Source: Candidatus Caldarchaeum subterraneum
Lineage (GTDB): Archaea; Thermoproteota; Nitrososphaeria_A; Caldarchaeales; Caldarchaeaceae
DNA length: 24,000 nucleotides
NCBI GenBank assembly: GCA_000270325.1
Contig: BA000048.1
Location: forward strand, 1,315,494-1,339,493
Direction: 5' to 3'
The notes below the pieces were generated by a model. It was not told the DNA's origin. It saw only the letters and a program-made list of their open reading frames with translations, and made no database searches. Within the stretch, counting starts at the first letter, position 1; each line of letters begins with the position of its first letter. The position numbers and the translations under genes are program-made. Of this stretch, positions 1 to 6,791 are shown in pieces.

Positions 1-445
1 GAAACTTAATTTGCCTCCTGTTGATGTCAATCCCGCCTTCTGCATCAAAGTATCCTGCGATGTAACTTATCCAAAGATTTTCGTCATAACTCTGTTTGAT
101 AAACATTGGCGTGCCCCAGTTTGTCTGCTTTCCTATTGGATGGCCGAATTTTTCCGCAAAGTATTGAACAAGTGTTCGCGAATACAGCCTTAGATATGGT
201 GTTCGGTTAGGTGTGATGTTTAGTTTGGGTTTGACACCATAGATGGTTTCGAAGAATTCAGCAAGCTGGTGAAGCCAATAGACATCTTTGTTGTAAACTG
301 TTATGACGTAATGGATTTTGCCGTGGTTATCAGTGTATTTTCCTACATATCCGTCGCGTAGCGCGCCAGCGATGTAAGCCTCCTTTTCTATCACCGTCAC
401 GAGGTATGGGTAATCTGATAATTTAGTTTTTGCCGGAGATTCCAC
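1..445 (-). CDS. Intron-encoded LAGLIDADG homing endonuclease, single-chain two-motif type (C-terminus lies beyond window start)
   Basis: Not in the ORF track because it is open at the window edge. Manual minus-strand translation from GTG 445-443 gives 148 codons with no stop: VESPAKTKLSDYPYLVTVIEKEAYIAGALRDGYVGKYTDNHGKIHYVITVYNKDVYWLHQLAEFFETIYGVKPKLNITPNRTPYLRLYSRTLVQYFAEKFGHPIGKQTNWGTPMFIKQSYDENLWISYIAGYFDAEGGIDINRRQIKF. There are two LAGLIDADG-type motifs, YIAGALRDGY and YIAGYFDAEGG, ~104 aa apart, as in I-DmoI-like archaeal intron enzymes. An in-frame TAA at 451-449 closes the frame upstream. The start could instead be an internal GTG (codon 16 or 18). Confidence 0.85.
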   Translation of the reverse strand, partial: MESPAKTKLSDYPYLVTVIEKEAYIAGALRDGYVGKYTDNHGKIHYVITVYNKDVYWLHQLAEFFETIYGVKPKLNITPNRTPYLRLYSRTLVQYFAEKFGHPIGKQTNWGTPMFIKQSYDENLWISYIAGYFDAEGGIDINRRQIKF

Positions 446-448
446 AAC
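1..448 (-). mobile_element. Archaeal-type rRNA intron (5' part) inserted in the 23S rRNA gene and carrying the LAGLIDADG ORF
   Basis: Reading the minus strand, conserved 23S sequence ...AGAAGCUGCCAUCCUCUAAGGAGUGCGUAA ends at ~449. The universally conserved continuation (CAGCUCACC...) is missing. It is replaced by lower-GC sequence (~40% by eye, against about two-thirds G+C in the exon) that immediately opens the endonuclease ORF. The boundary is uncertain by a few nt. The 3' junction and bulge-helix-bulge partner lie outside the window. Confidence 0.75.
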
Positions 449-1690
449 TTACGCACTCCTTAGAGGATGGCAGCTTCTATTCCTACCTCCCCGCTGTCTT
501 AGGAGGGAGACGCCCTTTGGTTTGTCACTTAGCGGGCACTTTGGGGCCTTAACCCGTGGTCTGGGTTGTTCCCCTCTCGGCGTGCGAGCTTACCCCGCAC
601 ACCCCACTCCCGGCATCTACGGCGTCCGCGGATTCGGAGTTCGAAAGGATGGCGGGCCCTTTCGAGCCCTTACCACCCCATCGGTGCTCTACCCCGCGGA
701 CCACCTCCGCCGAGGCTGTCCTGCGAGACACTTCGGGGGGAACTAGCTATCACCGGGCTAGATTGGTTTTTAGCCCCTAGCCCCAGGTCAACGCACCGAA
801 TTGCACGTCAGGACGCGTTCGGGCCTCGACCGAGCTTTCGCCCGGCTTCACCCTACCCAGGGCTAGATCGCCCGGTTTCTAGCCTCACCGCCGTGACTAC
901 GGGCCCTGTTCGGACCCGGCCCCTCGCCGACGAGAGTCGGCTGCGGGCTTCTCGGTTTCCCCGCGCCTACCCGCTTTCCGCGGTTAAGCTCGCCACGACG
1001 GTGAACTCCCCGGCCCGTGTTTCAAGACGGAGCGGACGACGCCGGATAATCCGCCCTCCACGCCTACGCGGCGTGTTCGGACGGAGTACCTTGCGCGCCG
1101 CCCTCGTCCGTTACCAGCCGGTTTCAACCGCTTTTCACCCCCTCTCGGGGTAGTTTTCAACTTTCCCTCACGGTACTGTTGCGCTATCGGTCTTGGGAGG
1201 TACTTAGGCTTAGAAGCCAGTGGCTCCTGCCTTCCCGCACCATATCCGAGGTGCGGTACTCGGGAACCAGCCCATCTCCACTCCCAGCTTCCCCTACGGG
1301 GCTGTCACCCTCTATGGCGGACCCTTCCAGGTCGCTTCGGGTCGCTGGGCACAGGAGGGCGGCTGGCCCACACTCCACATCCCCGCATGGTTTCCCACAC
1401 GGGTTCGGTTTGGCCTGGTCCCCGTTCACTCGCCGTTACTAGGGGAGTCTCGTTTTGATTTCTTTTCCTCGGCCTACTTGGATGCTTCCGTTCGGCCGGT
1501 TCCCGCTCCACAGCTCAAGGCAGTGGAGCGACATCCCACGCCGAAGCGCGGGATGTCGGGAAATCCCATTCGGGCATCCCCGGTTCAACGCCTGCTTGCG
1601 GCTACCCGGGGCTTTTCGCAGCTTGCCACGCCCTTCTTCGGCCCCCAAGCCGAGTTATCCACCGGCTGGCGTATTTTGGCCTAAGGCGTC
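449..1690 (-). rRNA. rrl: 23S (LSU) rRNA, 5' exon (domains I-II up to the GTPase-associated centre)
   Basis: The reverse complement contains hallmark LSU blocks: GGUGGAUAACUCGGC...GAAGAAGGGCGUGGCAAGCUGCGAAAAGCCCCGGG (5' end), GGGAACCGGCCGAACGGAAGCAUCCAAGUAGGCCGAGGAAAAGAAAUCAAAACGAGACUCCCCUAGUAACGGCGAGUGAACGGGG, CGUCUUGAAACACGGGCC, and GGUUAAGGCCCCAAAGUGCCCGCUAAGUG. G+C is very high and many short overlapping ORFs occur on both strands, as is typical of rRNA. The 5' end was estimated by alignment to the E. coli 5' region (+/-15 nt). Confidence 0.93.
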
Positions 1691-1829
1691 TGCCGTCCAG
1701 TTGGCGACGCATCCAAACCCTATGGACGCGGTCATTGAAGCGTAAGCTTCTCAAACACCGCATTCGGACACCCATCCGCAGATGGATGTCTTCATCTTCT
1801 TTTGGCAATTAATCTATTGTTTTTGGCTG

Positions 1830-1840
1830 TTTATAAATTT
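1830..1840 (-). promoter_or_regulatory. Candidate archaeal BRE/TATA promoter for the 23S rRNA transcript
   Basis: The minus strand reads GTGAACAAATTTATAAACAGCC. This is a TTTATAAA box preceded by a purine-rich BRE-like stretch, ~140 nt upstream of the inferred mature 23S 5' end and directly after the stop of the Zn-ribbon gene. Confidence 0.4.
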
Positions 1841-1842
1841 GT

Positions 1843-2031
1843 TCACGGGCCTTGGAAGGCGCAGGTGGGGCAGACGTATGGTTTGGCGAGTTCTCTGCAT
1901 ACTTTGCATCGCCAGATGGTTGATTTGCCGCAGTTGGGGCATGGGAAGGAGACGGCTGACTCGGATGGGAGTATGGGTCTGTGGCACCATGAGCATTGTG
2001 GAAGCGTCAGCTGCCCGCTCATCATCTTCAA
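1843..2031 (-). CDS. Small four-CxxC Zn-ribbon protein (COG2888/DUF1610-like, putative translation-associated RNA-binding protein)
   Basis: 62 aa: ...CSWCHRPILPSESAVSFPCPNCGKSTIWRCKVCRELAKPYVCPTCAFQGP. It has four CxxC knuckles and the family-typical F-x-CPNCG...RC..CR...Y.CP.C.F.GP ending. Confidence 0.72.
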   Translation of the reverse strand: MKMMSGQLTLPQCSWCHRPILPSESAVSFPCPNCGKSTIWRCKVCRELAKPYVCPTCAFQGP

Positions 2032-2048
2032 GGTGACAGGCCAGCAAT

Positions 2049-3194
2049 TTAAACGTATGCGCCTGTGAGCATCCTGGATACTATGTTCAGTGTTAGCTTG
2101 ATGGAGGTTTTTGAGGCGAGGGCCCTTGCCAGTGTGGAGCGGTGTTTGTCCATGTCGCCCACTTTTGCAAAAACGTGTCCATAGTCTGAGTCGGCGAGTG
2201 ATGAAAGGATGAGGTCGATGTGCTTGGGTGAGAGATGTTCGATGAGTCGGCGGAGTGCAAAGGTACCCTTGAGCTCGTGGAGTGTTTCGCGGTAAAGTTG
2301 CTCGTATGTTCCTTGGCCTGCGATGTGTTGCGCCGCCGCCTCAGCCGCCTTGCCCCCTGTTACAACTCCTCCTCCCGTGGTTGCTTTGACCTGTCCAGCC
2401 ACCTCGCCCGCGAGGAAAAAATTGCCAACTCTCATAGGCTCGAGGGGGCCGCCCACATAAATCGCTGACGACATGATGCCTACAACTTTTGCATGTGGAA
2501 AATTTTCGCGCAGCAGTTTGTCAACAAGCAATTGTGTGCCCTTCGACGCCGCGACACCCAGCTTACCGAACTCGTCGTCGACGGGGACAAGGTATCCGAA
2601 GAATTCTGGGAGATATTTTTTGAAGTATAGGTAGACCATGTCGGGGCTGTTGCCATGGTTTGCTATCATGTATTGTATGATGGGTAGCCATTTTCCCGTG
2701 CGGTAGCGGGGAAGCATCTGCCGGGCTACTGTGGCTGTCCGGCCCTCGGCCGAGATAACATGACGGGTTGAGATTGTTTGGCTGGATGTTTTGACAATTA
2801 GGTTTTGACCGCTGCTTTTCACTTCTGTTACCCTTGTGTCTACATGGATTTCCGCCCCCGCCTCGGCCGCCTGCTGCGCAAGAAAGAGGTCTAGCCTCTC
2901 ACGATTGTACACCACCGCCACATCTCTTGATGCATCTACTTCGAAGCGTTTGCCCGACGGCGAGACAAACACCGCCCCACGGACGATGTTCTGTAGATAT
3001 GGTCCTTGAACAGGTATGTTCAGCGACCTGACCCCCTCTATGCTGTAGAGGCCCGCGCATTTCTCGGGACGCCCAATAACCTTGTCCTCTTCAAAAACAA
3101 CTGTGCGGAGACCGCGTTTAGCCGACTCACGAGCCGCAATCAAGCCAGTGGAGCTTCCGCCGACAACCACGACGTCATAATCCATTTCTGCCAT
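2049..3194 (-). CDS. FAD-dependent oxidoreductase, geranylgeranyl reductase family
   Basis: The track ORF 2049..3431 is over-extended. The plausible start is ATG 3194 (MAEMDYDVVVVGGSSTGLIAARESAKRGLRTVVFEE), which places the Rossmann GxGxxG FAD fold at the N-terminus. Downstream motifs are GGR-like (CAGLYS..., FLAGEVAGQVKATTGGG). The 5' extension overlaps the acylphosphatase gene on the opposite strand. Confidence 0.7.
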   Translation of the reverse strand: MAEMDYDVVVVGGSSTGLIAARESAKRGLRTVVFEEDKVIGRPEKCAGLYSIEGVRSLNIPVQGPYLQNIVRGAVFVSPSGKRFEVDASRDVAVVYNRERLDLFLAQQAAEAGAEIHVDTRVTEVKSSGQNLIVKTSSQTISTRHVISAEGRTATVARQMLPRYRTGKWLPIIQYMIANHGNSPDMVYLYFKKYLPEFFGYLVPVDDEFGKLGVAASKGTQLLVDKLLRENFPHAKVVGIMSSAIYVGGPLEPMRVGNFFLAGEVAGQVKATTGGGVVTGGKAAEAAAQHIAGQGTYEQLYRETLHELKGTFALRRLIEHLSPKHIDLILSSLADSDYGHVFAKVGDMDKHRSTLARALASKTSIKLTLNIVSRMLTGAYV

Positions 3195-3227
3195 CAACTT
3201 TTTTGCGATGTATGCTTTAGCTCTTAC

Positions 3228-3506
3228 ATGGCCCGAGTGGCTTACAGGCTGCGTGTGTATGGAAGGGTTCAGGGAGTTTTTTACAGAGCGTCTATGAAGG
3301 AGGTTGCCGACAGCCTTGGAGTGGATGGGTATGTGCGGAACATGGACGATGGCTCGGTGGAGGCCGTTGTAGCTGGAGAAGAGCAGGCTGTCAAGAAAAT
3401 TCTTGAATGGTGTAAAAGAGGGCCACCTCATGCCTCTGTAACACGCGTGGAGATTGAGGAAATCGGTCCCGAGGGTGTTGAAAAAGGGTTCAGAATACGG
3501 TATTAG
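3228..3506 (+). CDS. acyP: Acylphosphatase
   Basis: 92 aa from internal ATG 3228: MARVAYRLRVYGRVQGVFYRASMKEVADSLGVDGYVRNMDDGSVEAVVAGEEQAVKKILEWCKRGPPHASVTRVEIEE. This shows the canonical V.G.VQGV.FR and G.V.N..DGSVE acylphosphatase signatures. The first 74 codons of track ORF 3006..3506 are antisense to the GGR gene and were rejected. Confidence 0.85.
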   Translation: MARVAYRLRVYGRVQGVFYRASMKEVADSLGVDGYVRNMDDGSVEAVVAGEEQAVKKILEWCKRGPPHASVTRVEIEEIGPEGVEKGFRIRY

Positions 3507-3561
3507 TGTTAATTCAAGTAAGATTTAATTAAGCCGTTCAAGAATGTAATTAATAGAAGGT

Positions 3562-4605
3562 ATGTTTCAAGTCCTCTCGCCCGAGGGCTTCGCCGAGGAG
3601 GAGCTTGACCCCGGGCTGCTTTTGTCGATGTACCGCGATATGGTTTGTGCACGTGTTCTAGATAGGTGGCTTATGCGTCTTCAACGCATGGGGAAAATAG
3701 GTATCCACGCTCCCTCCGAGGGACAGGAGGCCGCTGGCGTTGGGACGGCCTATGCACTCGGAACAAACGATTGGATATTCCCGCTTTACCGCGAGCTACC
3801 GGTCTTTGTTGCGCGAAGGGTCCCCATAGCGGACATAGTTAACAGAAACCTAGCAAACTCGGCTGATCCCCTTAAGGGCAGAGACTTCGCCGTATACGGT
3901 GATATCAAGCACCGCATAGTTCCCGCCCCCATTCCTGTCGCGGTGCATATCCCCTCGGCCGTCGGCTTCGCGCTCTCCCTCAAATACAAGAAACTAAGCG
4001 AAGTGGTGATAAACTACTTCGGCGACGGGGCGACGTCGAAGGGAGATTTTCACGAGGCACTCAACTTCGCCGGCGTCTTCAAAGCGCCCATAGTTTTTGT
4101 TTGTGTCAACAACCAGTATGCCATTTCTGTTCCGGTGAGTAGGCAGACGGCTGTAGAGCATCTGTCGTTGAAGGCTGCGGCGTATGGGTTTGAGGGGGTT
4201 AGCGTGGATGGGAACGATGTGGTGGCTTGTTATCTCGCCGCTAAGAAAGCTGTTGAGAAGGCGAGACGCGGTGAGGGCCCTACGTTGATTGAGGCGGTGA
4301 CCTACAGGATTGGTCCACACACGACAGCCGATGACCCGTCACGATACAGAGATGATAAAGAGGTTGAGATGTGGCGGAGAAGAGACCCAATCACAAGGCT
4401 GCGGAGCCATCTACTGCGACGCGGTCTCTGGAGCATGGAAGAAGACGAGAAACTCTGGCGAACAACCGAGCAGACCATACAAAAAACCATAGAAGAATGC
4501 GAAAAGAATCGACCGCTGCCTCCCGAGTCTATCCTTGAGGATGTCTACGCAACGCCACCGTGGCATCTAATAGAGGAGAAGGAGGAGTTCAGTCAGCTGC
4601 GGTAA
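3562..4605 (+). CDS. 2-oxoacid (pyruvate/branched-chain) dehydrogenase E1 component, alpha subunit (TPP-dependent)
   Basis: 347 aa with the E1-alpha TPP motif YFGDGATSKGDFHEALNFAGVFKAPIVFVCVNNQYAIS and YRIGPHTTADDPSRYR. An AT-rich promoter-like region (TTTAATTAA) and GAAGGT lie upstream of the ATG. Confidence 0.85.
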   Translation: MFQVLSPEGFAEEELDPGLLLSMYRDMVCARVLDRWLMRLQRMGKIGIHAPSEGQEAAGVGTAYALGTNDWIFPLYRELPVFVARRVPIADIVNRNLANSADPLKGRDFAVYGDIKHRIVPAPIPVAVHIPSAVGFALSLKYKKLSEVVINYFGDGATSKGDFHEALNFAGVFKAPIVFVCVNNQYAISVPVSRQTAVEHLSLKAAAYGFEGVSVDGNDVVACYLAAKKAVEKARRGEGPTLIEAVTYRIGPHTTADDPSRYRDDKEVEMWRRRDPITRLRSHLLRRGLWSMEEDEKLWRTTEQTIQKTIEECEKNRPLPPESILEDVYATPPWHLIEEKEEFSQLR

Positions 4606-4996
4606 ACCATTTGATGTCATGGATGCTGCCAACACGTTTTTCACGGAAAACCGGCTTAACCTTCATACCTGTTCGAGGTGTCTTCGACGGGTCAAGCATG
4701 TGAAGCAACCCGCCCAAGGTATCCACGAACCTCACAAAAACCCATACAATCTCTTCACCTGCCTCACCGTCGGCGAGCATCCGTGACCGTGTGTAGGTTT
4801 GAACTACGGCAGCGGGGTCGACCTCGATGTATTCGTTTATGGGTTTGAAGCAGTCGAGGCAGTATGCTCGCGGCGGCACATGTTTTGAAGAGCATTTTCC
4901 ACATCTGCTTGCGATGATTTTTCCGTTGTGGAGGCCTTCGAGGAATTTTGAGAGGGCGACGCCTGCCGGATATTCATAATAGCTTTCGATCTCCAT
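4589..4996 (-). CDS. DUF35 family protein (rubredoxin-like Zn ribbon + OB fold), short paralog
   Basis: 135 aa. It has a Zn ribbon CGKCSSKHVPPRAYCLDC followed by an OB-fold-like C-terminus (...GMKVKPVFREK...). It is the last gene of the five-gene operon, 2 nt after the upstream DUF35 gene. Confidence 0.75.
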   Translation of the reverse strand: MEIESYYEYPAGVALSKFLEGLHNGKIIASRCGKCSSKHVPPRAYCLDCFKPINEYIEVDPAAVVQTYTRSRMLADGEAGEEIVWVFVRFVDTLGGLLHMLDPSKTPRTGMKVKPVFREKRVGSIHDIKWFTAAD

Positions 4997-4998
4997 GG

Positions 4999-5643
4999 CT
5001 ATTCACCCGCGGGCTTGAAATGGCTTATGTCGAGGATGCTTCCTCTCCGCTGCTCCGCTGGCTTCCAAACAGGCTTCACCCTCATGCCAATTCGGACATC
5101 GCCGGGGCCGCACTCGCGGATTATGTGCATAAGACCAGCAGCGTGGAAAACTGTTTTTGACGACGGCGTCTCTCTAACAGTGTCTTTGAACCAGAGGACT
5201 GCCACGATGTTGGGCTCGGCCAACCTAACCCCAGGGTCTGTGCCGATATAAGCCAGCGAATAGGTTGAGACAACTGCTTCACCGTTGTGCTCAACCCAGT
5301 CCGAGACCTCTCTCATGCACCATTCGCAGAAGAGACGCGGCGGTATCAACACTCTTCCGCATCCGCTGCACCGTGTCCCGAATAACCTACCCTCCCGAAG
5401 TCCTTGGAGAAACTTGGCAAGAGCCTCACCCGGCGTGTCAGCGTACCTACACAGTATTCTCCAGTGGCTTAGGACAAGATGTTCAACACTCCACATCTCG
5501 GAATATTTTTTGTTCAAAGCATCTTCCCAATCCTTTCCATATTCTTTGTCGAGTCCGTTTTTGAGGAGGTGTTGGCCGATGGCTTTAGGTATCTGTTGCA
5601 GATAATCCTGCGTGTATACTATTCTCTTTGTCATACTCTGCAC
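4999..5643 (-). CDS. DUF35 family protein, long paralog with ~85-aa N-terminal extension
   Basis: 214 aa. The core is ...ALAKFLQGLREGRLFGTRCSGCGRVLIPPRLFCEWC... plus an OB-like C-terminus (GMRVKPVWKPAEQ), paralogous to the 135-aa protein (ALSKFLEGLHNGKIIASRCGKCS). The extra N-terminal segment contains no motif I recognise. The gene overlaps the upstream thiolase-like gene by 13 nt. Confidence 0.7.
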   Translation of the reverse strand: MQSMTKRIVYTQDYLQQIPKAIGQHLLKNGLDKEYGKDWEDALNKKYSEMWSVEHLVLSHWRILCRYADTPGEALAKFLQGLREGRLFGTRCSGCGRVLIPPRLFCEWCMREVSDWVEHNGEAVVSTYSLAYIGTDPGVRLAEPNIVAVLWFKDTVRETPSSKTVFHAAGLMHIIRECGPGDVRIGMRVKPVWKPAEQRRGSILDISHFKPAGE

Positions 5644-6785
5644 ACCACCACCTGCCCCACCTGCATCAAATCACCCCAAGCCTGAGCAACACCGACATAC
5701 GCGTTTGGGACCTGGCGTTTTCCAGCTCTTCCGCTCAGCTGCCAGTAGAGTTCCGCCACCTTCATGAGGCCTGCGGCGGCTATCGGGTTGCCCACTCCCA
5801 GCAACCCGCCTGAAGGCGATGTTGGATGGTCGCCGTCTCTCTCCAGCTGACCTTCTTCGAGGAGCCTTGGAGCGAGTCCTGGTTTGCCGAGAAGAGCGTC
5901 GAGGTGATGTAGCTCCTTGTATGTGAAGGGGTCGTAGGGCTCGAAGACATCGATTTCTTTCAACGGATTGGTTATACCCGCCATTTTGTAGGCTTGCTGG
6001 GCTGCGAGGTAGACGTAGTAGGGGTAGCAGAGGTCTCTGTTTGTCCAGTATTGGCTGTCGAGGCATGCGCCGACTCCATCAACCCATACAGGTGTGTCGG
6101 TTATCTTCTTGGCTTCATGCTCTGATGCGAACAACAGGGCCACGGCGCCGTCTGATGTGGGGCTGATGTCAAGCCTATGGACCGGCCAGACGAGGACGGG
6201 TGATTTGAGGACATCGTCCACAGTTATTTTTGCTCCGAGCTGTGAATATGGATGGTCCAAGGCGTTGGCCTTGTTTTTGACCGCGACTCTTGCGATAAGC
6301 TCCTTCTCTAGTGCGTGTTTCTCCATGTAGCGGCGCATCTCCAAGGCGAATATCCAGATGAGGTTGGGGCCAAGAGGCTGTTCAAGTATCGGCTCGAATA
6401 TTGAGCGGAAAAGTGGCTGCGCATGGGGATAGGGATGGCTCATCTTCTCCCACGCGACGACCAGAACCTTATCAAATAATCCCGAGGCAACATGCCACCA
6501 CCCTGATATGGCAACCCCCACACCGGTGCCGCCTCCGACAAAGACACGTGAAAAAGGTTTGGCAAATGCTCCGGAAGGCTCAACAGCAACGAGTCCCTTG
6601 TGATGATAGCCGTCAAAAGCGTCGGGCGCCGAGCCACCTACCACAGCATCAACATCACCTGCATCAAGCCCAGCGTCGTCTAAGCATTTCCTCACGGCCT
6701 CGAAAACCATCTCCTCGGAAGTCATGGGCAACATGGAGCGGAAATACGTCATCCCAGCGCCAACAATAGCTACACGTCGTCGCAC
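5631..6785 (-). CDS. Thiolase-fold (SCP-x/archaeal thiolase-like) protein B, lacking canonical catalytic Cys/His
   Basis: 384 aa. Thiolase-like blocks: MRRRVAIVGAGMTYF, LDISPTSDGAVALLFAS, SPSGGLLGVGNPIAAAGL. At the nucleophile position (usually V-E-A-A-C-A-S-G) it reads RVFVGGGTGVGVA. The GHP histidine is Asn (GNP). The C-terminal H-N-x-G-G block reads AQAWGD. Confidence 0.75.
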   Translation of the reverse strand: MRRRVAIVGAGMTYFRSMLPMTSEEMVFEAVRKCLDDAGLDAGDVDAVVGGSAPDAFDGYHHKGLVAVEPSGAFAKPFSRVFVGGGTGVGVAISGWWHVASGLFDKVLVVAWEKMSHPYPHAQPLFRSIFEPILEQPLGPNLIWIFALEMRRYMEKHALEKELIARVAVKNKANALDHPYSQLGAKITVDDVLKSPVLVWPVHRLDISPTSDGAVALLFASEHEAKKITDTPVWVDGVGACLDSQYWTNRDLCYPYYVYLAAQQAYKMAGITNPLKEIDVFEPYDPFTYKELHHLDALLGKPGLAPRLLEEGQLERDGDHPTSPSGGLLGVGNPIAAAGLMKVAELYWQLSGRAGKRQVPNAYVGVAQAWGDLMQVGQVVVCRV

Positions 6786-6791
6786 ACATCA

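Noticed and set aside
522-1808. About a dozen overlapping ORFs of 60-195 aa on both strands (e.g. 566..1153, 1220..1684, 1455..1745).
   Set aside because: They lie inside the 23S rRNA exon and leader. Their Pro/Arg/Ser/Gly-rich, low-complexity translations are the expected artefact of GC-rich structural RNA.
1782-2068. Plus-strand ORFs 1782..2036 and 1802..2068, and minus-strand ORF 1814..2047.
   Set aside because: They overlap the well-supported four-CxxC Zn-ribbon gene (1843..2031, minus strand) in other frames or antisense, and have no recognisable motifs.
3195-3431. N-terminal 79 codons of track ORF 2049..3431, and the first 74 codons of track ORF 3006..3506.
   Set aside because: Each extension runs antisense through the other gene. 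The internal ATGs at 3194 and 3228 give canonical N-termini: a Rossmann GxGxxG fold and the acylphosphatase start, respectively.
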